DNA of 64,000 nt from Saprolegnia diclina VS20 (GCF_000281045.1 NW_008246078.1:272191-336190); one strand, 5' to 3'. Shown: positions 34,083 to 46,796, counted from the stretch's first letter. Numbers and translations are program-made. Notes: generated from the sequence alone by a model not told the origin.

Positions 34083-35267
34083 ATGAACCAGCGATCCCTT
34101 CTCAACTCCTTGTACAATTAATTCAATAGATAGACTTCATCCACTATGTTTCCGACACAACTTGTGCCGGTTCCAACTTGAAGCAAGCGAGGATATACCC
34201 ATGATGCTAGCAGGCGAATGCTACTCGACGCGACCAGCGTTCGATATGGCCGAGATCGACGAGCCTCGATCCCAGGACCAACAGCGGCCTTCGTCTTGGA
34301 CCAGACGTCGCTTCAACGTCCGAGTAGCTAGCTAGCTCATCCTCTCGTTGAAGCCGTGACAAGGTTGCACAGAAAGGACATGCAAAAGATCGCAGCGCGC
34401 GGTCACTGAACACTTTGCTCTGATTTCTAACCGGCCGCAACGGGTCCCACGTGGTGCAAATGCGAACACCACGTGGTGCGCGCCGTCGGCTTAGTCAAAA
34501 GGGCCACACCAGAGGTCAAGGCAATGAGATCTGATTGGTCCAGCGCATAAATTACATTTGTTTATCTGCTGCCCATCAAGACAGATGGTGGTGACCTTGG
34601 AGCATCGACGTCGCGGCATCAGCAACGACGCGCGGCAAAGACCATAGACACGCTCGCGTCCCAATGACGTGAAGGCGAGCTGAAGCGGAATGCGCATAGC
34701 ATGAGTACAGCTGCCTCTCAGGATGCATCGGGAGAAGAAAAATAGAGCTCCACGACACAGAAAACAAATATGTTCAAATGTGGCCAGAAATGAAAAAGGT
34801 CTCCCGCCACACCATTGCGTCGAGCCTATCTGTCGCGTGATCATCTTGGATCGGTTGCCCTTCTTCCGCTGCTAACACGACCCTGCGACGTCGTTCGTAT
34901 TTCGCAGAGACGGACCAGAACATGGTTGTCGACATGTGGCTGGCCGACATAAACAGCGAAAGGAAGGGAAGGGCCTACCTGATCTGTACGCGGGGTGCAC
35001 CTGATTCTACTACCCGCGGCAAGGTTATCTACGCGATCCGCTTTCGCTCCCGGCGGCTTGCTCGTCCTCTGCTCACACGCGCGACGACTTCTATTCAACA
35101 GTACTGCGAGTGATCACTCAACCCCTGATCACCCGTCGCTCGGACGTCCTGCATGTCACGTCCTGTCATGGCTCCTCGGTTACTCGCAAGCGCGATTACA
35201 GCCGCACCTAACGCGCTCGACAATGACCGACTCACGTCACTTCGTTATCGTGCAACAAGTGGCTTGA

Positions 35268-36489
35268 TTACGCAGCCTTAGCAAAGAGTACATACTCGTG
35301 CTTGGTGAGGTCGCCTTCCGCTTGCTTCCACGTCGTCAAGACTTCGGCCGTCGAGTTGCGCTTCCACTGNNNNNNNNNNNNNNNNNNNNNNNNNNNNNNN
35401 NNNNNNNNNNNNNNNNNNNNNNNNNNNNNNNNNNNNNNNNNNNNNNNNNNNNNNNNNNNNNNNNNNNNNNNNNNNNNNNNNNNNNNNNNNNNNNNNNNNN
35501 NNNNNNNNNNNNNNNNNNNNNNNNNNNNNNNNNNNNNNNNNNNNNNNNNNNNNNNNNNNNNNNNNNNNNNNNNNNNNNNNNNNNNNNNNNNNNNNNNNNN
35601 NNNNNNNNNNNNNNNNNNNNNNNNNNNNNNNNNNNNNNNNNNNNNNNNNNNNNNNNNNNNNNNNNNNNNNNNNNNNNNNNNNNNNNNNNNNNNNNNNNNN
35701 NNNNNNNNNNNNNNNNNNNNNNNNNNNNNNNNNNNNNNNNNNNNNNNNNNNNNNNNNNNNNNNNNNNNNNNNNNNNNNNNNNNNNNNNNNNNNNNNNNNN
35801 NNNNNNNNNNNNNNNNNNNNNNNNNNNNNNNNNNNNNNNNNNNNNNNNNNNNNNNNNNNNNNNNNNNNNNNNNNNNNNNNNNNNNNNNNNNNNNNNNNNN
35901 NNNNNNNNNNNNNNNNNNNNNNNNNNNNNNNNNNNNNNNNNNNNNNNNNNNNNNNNNNNNNNNNNNNNNNNNNNNNNNNNNNNNNNNNNNNNNNNNNNNN
36001 NNNNNNNNNNNNNNNNNNNNNNNNNNNNNNNNNNNNNNNNNNNNNNNNNNNNNNNNNNNNNNNNNNNNNNNNNNNNNNNNNNNNNNNNNNNNNNNNNNNN
36101 NNNNNNNNNNNNNNNNNNNNNNNNNNNNNNNNNNNNNNNNNTGGCAGAGGGTAGGGTCTTGCATGTTTGATGCCGGTGTTTTCGACTTGGTCGCCGGTAA
36201 AGACGACGAGGTTGGGCTGGACGTGGCTCACGAGCCGGCCGATGAGGTCCGTCATGTTGTACTCGCCGCACGGCATGTGGGGCGGCCCGTTGCACGCGTA
36301 CTTGGGGTTGCCCGTGTAGTGCATGTCTGGAATCTGCAGCACGGTGAAGCTGAGCTCGGGCTGCCCCGCGCTGTCCTTGCCGACGACCGCGCTGAGAGAG
36401 TAATCGCGAGCTGCTAGCTCGATGTCTTGGGCAAACGACGCGACGGCGAGGAGCGCCGTTGTAACACAAGGCAACCATGAAGCGAACAT
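35268..36489 (-). CDS. Secreted calcineurin-like metallophosphoesterase (Dcr2/PAP14-29-like), copy A, interrupted by a gap
   Basis: Signal peptide; LQIPDMHY and VVFTGDQV; C-terminal WKRNSTAEVLTTWKQ matches copy B. Confidence 0.85.
35370..36141. other. Assembly gap (772 N)
   Basis: Run of n. Confidence 0.99.
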
Positions 36490-37134
36490 TGGGTGGGTGG
36501 AGGAAATGAAAAAGTGATCTGTGGTCGCCCATGCAGCACCGCGTTGGCCCAAGCAGCGCAAGATTCAAAACTATACATCGTCGGTAGGAACCAGATTGTG
36601 GTGAATCTGGCGTGGGTGGCCATACTTCACTTTAGATTCCGCCAACTCAGACTCAGATTGACGGTTTCGCGCTGCGTGCATACAAACTCATTTGTATTTT
36701 CGCACATGACGTATCGATGGCAGCTGCACAAACCCTAGTAGCAAGGCTTTCCATTTTGGCAGATTCCTTGGCCATGAATCTATGCCGTCGACCTCAAGCA
36801 GAGCCGCAAAGACTCGAAACGCCCAAAACATCTGGTGCGTGCGTACACGAAACCTCGACATAGGATTTTCAACCACTAGCCTGCTCGCTATGGAAAGAGG
36901 TGCGTATAGGAGTTCGGTAACTTGGGAATCCATGGCCAAGAGCTATCTCTCGTATGTCTTATCTAAAACGGCTGGTTTGAATCTCCGAGAGTTATGGGTC
37001 ATTTGGCGTCCTGTTTCTTCGTGGCCCAAAGAAATAAGTTACAGGTCGACACGCATTCGTGCTTGGCCTCATGGACAAAAATACATGTGCATTTATGTCC
37101 TTGCTAGCACGAAAGAGAGCCCTCCGTACGCCGA

Positions 37135-38364
37135 CTAGACGTCCGTAGCATCGTTCGAGAAGATGGCCCGTCGGTACAAGAGGTACTCGTGCTTAGAGTA
37201 GTCGCCGTCTTCTTGCTTCCACGTCGTAATCACTTCGTCGGTCGAGTTGCGCTTCCAACGAATCACACGCGCGCTGCGCGCAATCGTCGGATCCCCATAC
37301 GCCGCCCCTACCATGCACATGTAAAAACACACAAGCCGCCTCCTGCGGAGCGCACCGTAGCCGACACCGCCGCCGTAGCACAGCTGGACGCCCCGCCGGA
37401 GGACGCAGTAGTCGTTGAGGTGGTCGTGGCCCACAAACGTGGCCTTGACGTCGCGCACTAGAAGACACATTGCATGAAATCGCGCTTCTCGCAAGACAAA
37501 GAACCCACTTGCGACAAGCGTGTCGAGGAGACCGCACTGGGGGCCGCTCGAGACGGGCTCACCCTTGTGGCCGTACGTGGGTTCGGTGCTCGACACAAGG
37601 TTGAACTCGGGAATCGGAATGTGATGAAAGAGCACGGCAGGTACGGTGTGCCGGTGAAGGATCGCTCGGTTGCGCAAATAGTTTTGCTGCTTCTCCGAGA
37701 TGACGCCGTCGTACCCCGTGTCGAGAAAATACATGCGAAAGTTGATTCCGCTGTCGGGCGACGCCACTTCGAGTTCGTAGTTGCCGACGCCACCAAGTCC
37801 GATGGGACCGCTTTGGGAGTACGACAGAGGCAGCGACGTGATGTAGTCCATCATTGCTTGACGACCCCACGACGCCTATGACACTATGAGCGGCGTAACG
37901 ATAACGAGAGATGTTTACGCCTTCGTCGTGGTTCCCAAACACCATTGTCCACGGCACTTGCTTGAGCATTGGAAGAAGCGCGTACGAAGCTATCGCGCCC
38001 TTGACTTCTTCAATCGTCTGAGAGCCATATTGTTTGTCAATGAACTTTGATAAAACGGACGTACGTGCGTCACTTCAATGTTTTCGACTTGGTCGCCGGT
38101 AAAGACGACGAGGTTGGGCGTCACGTGGTCGAGGAGCTCGCTGATGAAGGCCGTCATGTTGTACTCGCCACACGGCTCGTGCGGCGGGTTGCGGCAGTAC
38201 CGGTTGCGGTCGCCCGTGTAGTGCATGTCGGGAATCTGCAGCACGGTGAAGCTCAGCTCGGGCTTCCCCGCACTGTCGACGCCACTCACGGCGTTGAGCG
38301 TGCGGTTGGTGGCTTCCGAAGCAACGCCAAGGGCCACGGCGGCAAGTAGCATTGTGCGCATCAT
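37135..38364 (-). CDS. Secreted calcineurin-like metallophosphoesterase (Dcr2/PAP14-29-like), copy B, multi-exon, complete
   Basis: All metallophosphoesterase motifs present: PDMHY, FTGDQV, WTMVFGNHDEG, FHHIP, GHDHLND, CYGGGVGYG; several short introns. Confidence 0.92.
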
Positions 38365-39068
38365 CTTGCGGCGCGGTCAATTGAAAAATGAACTCGCTGC
38401 GTGCGATAGCCTCGGAGCGAACCAGGCCCCACTCGCAACGAGCTGTACACGGCTGCATCGACAAAACGCGACGTATGCATGCCCGTACTGCGTGCTGCAC
38501 GCATACAGGCGCGGCGTTCTGAGACCGTGTCGGCCTTCCTTGCCACACACTGCATCAACACGTCGAGGTATGCATGTGAGTGGACAACATCCGGCGCCTC
38601 TTCTGGTCGCGGTGCGCGATCGTCTCGGTCGGAATCAGACACGGCGGTTTCAGCCGGGTCTACAGACAAAGACTATGGCAGTTTCGCGAATCTCGTCTGC
38701 AACCGTCACTGGTTTTCACAAAAACCCTTTTGGCAGCTAGACATCCTATACATTATGGGCGACGCGTCTTGAAAGTGTACTCATACATCCAAGTTTGTAG
38801 GCTGTCTTCGCTCCATTCCGACCTGGCCTTTGTGGTGTGCTAGTAGCTACGGGTCGCTGCATTGTCGTATGCACAAACCGCTCAGTTGGGTGCCTACACC
38901 AGAATTTGTTGCCCAGTCGAACATCAAAGCTGCTAGCAGCGCCTCTTCCTGTGCCAAGACTCTGTTACAACAGGACCACGATCAATGCATACGGTTTGAG
39001 TTTTGAGCAAAACAAAGAAACAGCTCGATTGGTCGTCGAGTCGAATCGACTTAGCATGGAAACATGAA

Positions 39069-39853
39069 NNNNNNNNNNNNNNNNNNNNNNNNNNNNNNNN
39101 NNNNNNNNNNNNNNNNNNNNNNNNNNNNNNNNNNNNNNNNNNNNNNNNNNNNNNNNNNNNNNNNNNNNNNNNNNNNNNNNNNNNNNNNNNNNNNNNNNNN
39201 NNNNNNNNNNNNNNNNNNNNNNNNNNNNNNNNNNNNNNNNNNNNNNNNNNNNNNNNNNNNNNNNNNNNNNNNNNNNNNNNNNNNNNNNNNNNNNNNNNNN
39301 NNNNNNNNNNNNNNNNNNNNNNNNNNNNNNNNNNNNNNNNNNNNNNNNNNNNNNNNNNNNNNNNNNNNNNNNNNNNNNNNNNNNNNNNNNNNNNNNNNNN
39401 NNNNNNNNNNNNNNNNNNNNNNNNNNNNNNNNNNNNNNNNNNNNNNNNNNNNNNNNNNNNNNNNNNNNNNNNNNNNNNNNNNNNNNNNNNNNNNNNNNNN
39501 NNNNNNNNNNNNNNNNNNNNNNNNNNNNNNNNNNNNNNNNNNNNNNNNNNNNNNNNNNNNNNNNNNNNNNNNNNNNNNNNNNNNNNNNNNNNNNNNNNNN
39601 NNNNNNNNNNNNNNNNNNNNNNNNNNNNNNNNNNNNNNNNNNNNNNNNNNNNNNNNNNNNNNNNNNNNNNNNNNNNNNNNNNNNNNNNNNNNNNNNNNNN
39701 NNNNNNNNNNNNNNNNNNNNNNNNNNNNNNNNNNNNNNNNNNNNNNNNNNNNNNNNNNNNNNNNNNNNNNNNNNNNNNNNNNNNNNNNNNNNNNNNNNNN
39801 NNNNNNNNNNNNNNNNNNNNNNNNNNNNNNNNNNNNNNNNNNNNNNNNNNNNN
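39069..39853. other. Assembly gap (785 N)
   Basis: Run of n. Confidence 0.99.
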
Positions 39854-40297
39854 GCCCACGGCAGCTGGCGCTGGATCGCGTGGCTGGAGTACATGTCAAT
39901 GGCCTTCTTGACCTCGTCCGCCGTCTACACCGCCATTTGTTAGTCGGAAACGATAGACAATATGGTGGCCAACATGCTGGACTTCGGTGTTTTCGACTTG
40001 GTCGCCCGTGAATACAATCAAGTTGGGCTGGACGTGGCCCACGAGCCGGCCGATGAGGTCCGTCATGTTGTACTCGCCGCACGGCATGTGGGGCGGCCCC
40101 CGGCATGCATATGAGGCATTGCCCGTGTAGTGCATGTCGGGAATCTGCAGCACGGTGAAGCTGAGCTCGGGCTGCCCCGCGCTGTCCTTGCCGACAACCG
40201 CGTTGAGAAGCTTGTTGTTGCTGCTTCCGCACGCCTCGGTGGGGGCGGCGACCGAGGTGGTCGCGACGAGCGCAAGGAGCGAGAGCGATGTCCGCAT
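39854..40297 (-). CDS. Secreted metallophosphoesterase copy C, 5' part only (the rest is probably in the gap)
   Basis: Signal peptide MRTSLSLLALVATTSVAA; PDMHY and FTGDQV; next exon ..DEVKKAIDMYSSHAIQRQLPW runs into the gap. Confidence 0.85.
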
Positions 40298-41497
40298 GGC
40301 AAAACAAGATGTTAACTGCCTCTCGACACGGCGTTTGGGTGGTGTGCATCGTAGAGACCCAAGTGGCATCTCGATGTGGTACTTGTTGTGGCGTCGAATC
40401 TAGTCCAGAGACAAGACACTGTAGACTCGAGATTCTGGTGTGCACTTTGTTTTCAACCAATCCATCAAGCCGCTGGCGCGAATCGATTGGACCGCGCACC
40501 AGTCAGTCTACCACGTATAGCGTGCGTTCACAGTACCTGTAGTAGAAATGTTTAATGGGTTTTAGGGTTTAGGGGTCCATTACTACGGAAATTCATTTTG
40601 GCCCGCGTAACCGAGGCTCGCGTCATCCACGGATGAACGACGCTGCAACAGGCGAGCGAGATGTGGCGTTGAATCTTGCGCGTTGTCAAAGATCCTGGAC
40701 CGTCCATGAAGCGTGTATGCAACGATTAGCTCACCGACAGGCGATGGTGTCGTGCTATGTGGCGTCATCATGGGACGTAGGCTTTTCTGTCCATAGTGAA
40801 GGAAACGTCGTTTTGGGCTAAGTTTGTAAAACGGTTGGCGGACCGCACCCAAGCGATCAAGCAAACCACAACATATGTTGCGCGAGATTCGATCTGTCGT
40901 TCATAATCTTTGATGCGGTCGCTTACCCCAACCCTTTGTGCTCGGCAATACAATAAGCAGCATCCCGCACGAGGAAGACTCTGCAGATACCCTTCTAGTC
41001 CTTAGATCTTTGGTAAAGGCTTCCAGCTCGAGATGCTGCGTCGACGCACACGGTTTTCATCTGAAACATAGATGGACGCTTGCTAGACGAGACTAGAGGT
41101 ACGGTCGCCGTCCATCAGCTCTCAGATCGTAGTGACGAGTGCCATCAGAGCTTGCGTGCACTACATGATAGTATGGTTGTTCGCCGGGCTGGCTTCGTAA
41201 CAAAGCTTCGTTTGCTCAAGTCTCGACGGAGGTGGTCAAGTGAGCTAGTTCACGCTGCCTGCTGCTTGGGTGCCAAATGAGGTCAGCGACCAGGCTCTGC
41301 GTCTCATCTAAGTGGGAGCCACAGTGACGAGCTCATAACCGTGCCAGTACGGAGAGGTGGTCGATCACCAGCCAAGGACGGCAGCACACGCAAATACGTG
41401 GCGGTATACTGTGGTGGATAATGTCGTAAAATGAACTACAAAGCTATTTAAGATTAGTTGGACAGAAGATTGAGCGTCCTGCAACGGCAGTCTTCTG

Positions 41498-42295
41498 CTA
41501 CTCGTCGTCGCTGCTCTCGTCGTCATCGTCGCTGTCGCCCAAGAGACTCATGAGCTTCATGGCCATGTCGGCGGCACGCGCACGGCGCTCGTCGTCCGTG
41601 AGGCGCTGCAAGTTAACGTCTTCGCGGATGCTGAGCACCTCCTGCAAGAGCGCTTCAAAGCCCTCGTCCTGTTCGAGTAGCGACGGCGTCGAGGCGGGCG
41701 TCGACTGCGGCGTCTTGGGCGTCTTTGGTGCAGCTGCAGGCGTCGGCGTCGACTCGGTCGTCGGGTTGCGCACACCGTCGCGCATCTCCATCGACGTCCA
41801 CATGTTGCACTGGAGCGCTTCGACGAGGCGATCGACGCCAGAGGTTTCGCTTCCGGTGGCCGCGCTCGAGGCGTCGCGACTGACAGCGATGTGCTCAAAG
41901 CCATGTTCCAAGCAGCAGTCGTTCATGTTTTCGAGCACCATGCTGGGCGACGCATGGTTGGCGACGGCGACCAGCACCTCGAGGTCATGCTCTCGCGACG
42001 CAATGGCCTCCATGACCGACTGCACATGGCTCCACGAAGCCTTCTGCGTCGCATCCCACACGAGCAGCAGACCTTCGTACGGCGAAAGGTCGTCCGGTAC
42101 GGCGTGCGCCGCTTCGGGCACATGGAACGCGAGCGGCGCCGAGTAGTACTTGGTCACGAGCGTATGCGCAAGCACGGCGTGCCCGTCGAGCTTCGCCCAC
42201 TCGGCAGCGTCCTGCGCTCCGGCGGCGGCGACGACAGCCTCGACGAGCTGCTTCTTGCCCACGTGGTCGCTGCCAAGGACGAGGACGCGGCTCAT
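41498..42295 (-). CDS. AAGAB: Alpha- and gamma-adaptin-binding protein p34 (AAGAB/Irc6)
   Basis: GTPase-like N-terminus with TKYYSA; GFEHI..GVDRLVEALQCNMW; LTDDERRARAADMAMKLM C-terminus. Confidence 0.9.
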   Translation of the reverse strand: MSRVLVLGSDHVGKKQLVEAVVAAAGAQDAAEWAKLDGHAVLAHTLVTKYYSAPLAFHVPEAAHAVPDDLSPYEGLLLVWDATQKASWSHVQSVMEAIASREHDLEVLVAVANHASPSMVLENMNDCCLEHGFEHIAVSRDASSAATGSETSGVDRLVEALQCNMWTSMEMRDGVRNPTTESTPTPAAAPKTPKTPQSTPASTPSLLEQDEGFEALLQEVLSIREDVNLQRLTDDERRARAADMAMKLMSLLGDSDDDDESSDDE

Positions 42296-42627
42296 GCTGG
42301 TCGAAATCTGGAAGCTGCTGGCCGGGCGATTCCTCCGATTTTTTATATGCACGTGTGTTTGACATTTTCATTTCTCACGGTGTTTTCTGTGGTGAATTGG
42401 TGAAGTGCTTACAACACCAAGCGTCAGGCTGGACAGTCGAGGTCGTGCTGTCGACCCATCAACGTTAGGCAAAAATCGTGTCGTGGCGTGTCGCCACGAT
42501 GCAAGCTCGTTGCCTGGAGCGAAGGACTGGGAGGTACAGTCCAATTGCAGGAGGACTCTCCAAAACCTCTCAAAGTGAATTTACCACCGACATGTGATAT
42601 CCGGATCCGCGATATCCGGACTTTGCG

Positions 42628-43317
42628 ATGCGATCCGCTGTGTCCTGGACAGGCGGGAAGGACTGCGCGATGGCGCTGTACGAGGCCAAGGCCGCCGGCC
42701 ACGACATCGCGCTCCTCGTGACCTTTGCGCCTGAGAACCCGAGCTTCCGCGCGCACCCGATCCCGCTCATGGAAGCGCAGGCGGCGGCCATCGGGCTGCC
42801 CCATCTCTTCCTCACGATCCGCCCGCCCGACTACAATGGCAGCTACGAGGCTGCACTGCGACACCTGCAGAACGACCATGGCATCGCGTGCCTCATCACG
42901 GGCGACATTGACCTCATTGGCGCCAGCACGAGCAACTTTATGAACGAACGGTGCGCGGGCGTGGGCATGGCGATCTTCACGCCGCTCTGGCAGCGGCCGC
43001 GGGAAGCGCTCATACAGCTCGTGCTCGAGCGCGACTTTCACGTCGTCTTTTCGTGCGTCAAGGAAGCGTCGTTCAACGACGCTGCCGCGTGGCTCGGGCG
43101 TCGCATCACGCGCGACGCACTCGACGACCTGTGCGTCCTCCATGCGTCACACGGCGTCGACGTCTGCGGCGAGAACGGCGAGTACCACACCATGGTGCTC
43201 TACGCGCCCTACTTTTCCAGCCGCGTGTTGCTACCAAGCAGTTGGTCGATCGAGTCGAAAGACGGCCTCAGCTGTCTGCGCCTCGAGGCCGCACCGACGC
43301 TGCAGACACTCTTGTGA
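42628..43317 (+). CDS. Dph6/MJ0570-like PP-loop ATP pyrophosphatase (prokaryote-type, standalone)
   Basis: SWTGGKDC PP-loop, QAAAIGLP, TGDID, PLWQRPRE, WLGRRI, DVCGENGEYHTMVLYAPYF; intronless. Confidence 0.9.
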   Translation: MRSAVSWTGGKDCAMALYEAKAAGHDIALLVTFAPENPSFRAHPIPLMEAQAAAIGLPHLFLTIRPPDYNGSYEAALRHLQNDHGIACLITGDIDLIGASTSNFMNERCAGVGMAIFTPLWQRPREALIQLVLERDFHVVFSCVKEASFNDAAAWLGRRITRDALDDLCVLHASHGVDVCGENGEYHTMVLYAPYFSSRVLLPSSWSIESKDGLSCLRLEAAPTLQTLL

Positions 43318-43942
43318 GGCTCGTACTGGACTTTGGTAGAGTAGCCGACGCAGCCTCCTACGCGCAGCAGTAACGATAATGTGTGTTCTATTGGCGTACC
43401 TGCATGTGGTCGCTATGGTTGTCGTCTCACTGCATGCACGCACCATCGTCGTCGTGGGTTCGAGCCTCGTGTAGTACCAACAATCAACAACACGCTGCAG
43501 AACGCTCGCACCACCGACAGACACCGACAGTCCATTTCTTTAACCCATCGATTGTATCATGACTTGCTGACCACTAAGCTCAGCTTCCTGGCTCGTGAAG
43601 CGGCTCCAAGTCTAATCTCTCTACAGAAATGGCTTGGTGTCCGCAAGGGTCTGCTTCTGCTTGATGTCCGCAAGTACAGTAGTACACCTGGGCGACCGCC
43701 GTTGTAGGTGTCCACCAACGACAACCCTCTGCAGTGTTAGCTTGCAGTGTTAGTTGCTTGCACTGCGGCGGTCGTGGCTGCCACCGTTCGACATGGTCGC
43801 TGTGCAAACTCATATGATGTGACGTGCCGTTGCTCGACGCTGCACGTGACGGTCGGTTGTCGCCACGTTGTACAACGGCACGACCGACATGAGCAATCCC
43901 ACGTCTGCGTCTACACCGCTAGTCCACAATAGAATTTGCATC

Positions 43943-45079
43943 ATGGCCGCCGTGCTTGCAAGCCGCGACCTCGTCCTGCTCATTGCGTCCTTCCAAGATG
44001 GGCTTCCACAGTCGCTTCTTGCCACGCATATGCATCTGCGCCACGTCGACAAGCTCGTTCGCATTGGCTCTATTTGGCTCGGTTGTCGCGCTACGTGCTT
44101 GCGGAGCGCGCCTCCTCTTAACGTTTGGGTGTTGCAGCAACTCCATCGTCTTCGGCCCCAAGCGATCACCATCAACGTGATGGACTACGTGGCGGCCACC
44201 GGGCAATTCCTCGCACTCCTCTTCCTTCACGCCCGCGGGTATACCTGCTCAGTCTGGGCCATGAACGCGGCGGCCGAGCACGGGCACATTGCGATCGTCC
44301 GGTTTCTTCACGACCACCGACACGAAGGCTGTACTGTCCACGCGATGGACGCCGCTGCCAAGCACGGGCACCTTGACGTACTCGAGTTCCTGCACTACCA
44401 CCGACACGAAGGCTGCACGGCGCTGGCGCTGAACGCGGCGTGCGCCAACGGGCACAAGGACGTCGTCGCCTTCCTTCACACGCACCGATCGGAAGGCGGC
44501 ACGGCGCAGGCGATGGACGGGGCGGCGGCCCACGGGCACCTCGGTATTGTGCAGCTGCTACACGCCACGCGGCACGAGGGATGCACAGACAGAGCGATCG
44601 AGGACGCGGCCATGCACGGCCATTTTGAGGTCGTCCGCTTCCTTCATTGCCACCGAACCGAAGGCAATGTGGCGCGCGCGCTTCGGAATGCCGCGGCGAA
44701 CGGCCATGACAAGATCGTGGCCTTCTTGCTACCGCTCGTGGCAGCCGTGCCGCCTGATGCCATGGACTTTGCGGCGCGCAATGGCGAGATGGAGACGCTC
44801 CGCGTGCTGCACGCGGCCGGCGCGCCGTGCACGAAGCGGGCACTGACGTGGGCGGCGATGGCGGGCCATGGGCACGTGGTTGCTTTTCTAATGCAATACC
44901 GAACCGAAGGCGACGCGAACGAAGCGCTCGCGATGGCCACGCGCATGGGCATGGACCAAGTCGCGGCCTTGCTCCGGGTTGCGTCGACGGCGACGAGTCC
45001 CGTTGTCAGCACGGACGTTGACTACCTTGGGTTCAGTATGAGCAAAAAGCGGGCACCATCCTGTCCCGCAACAGTTTAA
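43943..45079 (+). CDS. Ankyrin-repeat protein of the oomycete-expanded type with ~23-aa H.xR.EGCT..AMD.AA..GH repeats
   Basis: About ten short ankyrin-like repeats; N-terminal VLASRDLVLLIASFQDG motif. Confidence 0.9.
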   Translation: MAAVLASRDLVLLIASFQDGLPQSLLATHMHLRHVDKLVRIGSIWLGCRATCLRSAPPLNVWVLQQLHRLRPQAITINVMDYVAATGQFLALLFLHARGYTCSVWAMNAAAEHGHIAIVRFLHDHRHEGCTVHAMDAAAKHGHLDVLEFLHYHRHEGCTALALNAACANGHKDVVAFLHTHRSEGGTAQAMDGAAAHGHLGIVQLLHATRHEGCTDRAIEDAAMHGHFEVVRFLHCHRTEGNVARALRNAAANGHDKIVAFLLPLVAAVPPDAMDFAARNGEMETLRVLHAAGAPCTKRALTWAAMAGHGHVVAFLMQYRTEGDANEALAMATRMGMDQVAALLRVASTATSPVVSTDVDYLGFSMSKKRAPSCPATV

Positions 45080-45573
45080 AACGATCCTTCTTGTGGACAC
45101 ATTGTCTTTTGTTCTATGTCCCAGGCGCCAACCATCGCGTTGCGGTTGTCAAGTGAACCGGTGTCCGGTTCGAAACCATCGGAGGCACGAGAGAGCGCCA
45201 CGTATTCCTACCACCAATCGAGTGTCGGAGGTCTACCATTCATAAGACAATATATTCCAATGACAAGACAACGTGTGCATACACGCTAATGACGCAAATG
45301 ACCAGCCGTGATTGGCATGTACACCGGTGTACATAAGTCCATCAGACTCACAGTTGCTACAGTAGATACCGGAAGCACCCCGAGGCAAACCGGTCTCCCT
45401 GCCTCCGCCATGACGCCTCGTGGCCGCAACACCAAGCCGCCTTGATGGCGCCATGCAGCCGAGCTGCCATGGTCGGTTGATGGCAGAGGCAACAGGGGTA
45501 GGGCTACGCGTGGCTTCCCCGGGCTTCGTGGGGTCGCGTCGTATGCGGATATCTTTGTGTCGCATCCGGACTT

Positions 45574-46705
45574 ATGCTGCAGGTGCGCAAGAAGGTCGCG
45601 CACGGCCGACGCGGCTTCTCCATGTACGTGCCAGCGCACGAAGCGCCGGACGACGACGCGATGAGCAAGCTCCAGGAGCTGCTGTACCATGCGTCCAAGG
45701 TCGTCGTGCTCACGGGCGCGGGCATCTCGACCGAGAGCGGGATCCCCGACTACCGCTCCAAGGGCGTCGGGCTCTACGCGCGCTCCAAGCACAAGCCGAT
45801 CGAGCACCGCGACTTTATGGGCCACGAAGGCGTACGTTCATTCTCTGATCCTTGCCCCATCCTCACGCACGGGACTAGGTGCGGCAGCGGTACTGGGCGC
45901 GCAACTACATGGCCCGCCACCAGTGGCAAGGCGCACAGCCCAATGCCAACCACTTGCTCCTCGCGCAGTGGCAGCACGACTCTCGGTACTCCATCCTCAT
46001 CCTTATCTTCTCATCCGGATCGCGAGCAGGGGCGACGTGCGCATCGTGACACAGAACGTCGACCGGCTGCATCAAAAGGCCGGCGCGCGCGACGTCATTG
46101 AGCTCCATGGCTCGATGGACGAAGTCCGCTGCATGAACCCGGCGTGCGACGCGCCATCGATTGCCCGCGAAGACTTTCAGGCGGTGCTTGATGCGCTCAA
46201 CCCCGGTTTCGTCGAGAAGGTCCAGGCCGACAATGACACGCTGGCCAATGCGATGCAAGTGCGCCCGGACGCCGACATGTACCTCTCGACCGTACGACGC
46301 CATTCGCATGTGCAGGCGTCATGATGGGATGCAGGAGATGGAGCGGCTCTTCCACGTCGCCCACTGCCCGGTCTGTCGCATCGGGTTTTACAAGCCCAAC
46401 GTCGTGTTTTTTGGCGACTCAGTCGCGCCGGCCATTGTGCGTCAGGTCCTCCTCCAGCGCCTTCGGTGGCCGCCAACGCTGAAGCATCACTGTAGATCTA
46501 CCATGATGTTGACACGGCCGACGCGATGCTCGTGCTCGGGTCGTCGCTGCATGTGTTTTCAGGGTACCGCTTCCTCCTCCGCGCCAAAGACGCCCATGTG
46601 CCGATCGGCATTGTCAACATTGGCCCGACGCGCGGCGACGGCCTCGCCACGGTCAAGGTCAACGCCAAGTGCAGCAGCGTGCTGCGCGACCTCCACCTCG
46701 TATAG
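45574..46705 (+). CDS. SIRT4: NAD-dependent deacylase, sirtuin class II (SIRT4-like), multi-exon
   Basis: [79 protein letters not shown]; several short introns. Confidence 0.92.
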
Positions 46706-46796
46706 TCCATAGATCGACGCTGCATATGGCGATGAACCCACGCAGTAAGACACACGGTAGAGGTTGCGTCTTACGTTGGACACGAGTCGTATGTCT

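Noticed and set aside
35268..40499. Long ORFs containing X runs
   Set aside because: Artefacts of translating through N gaps
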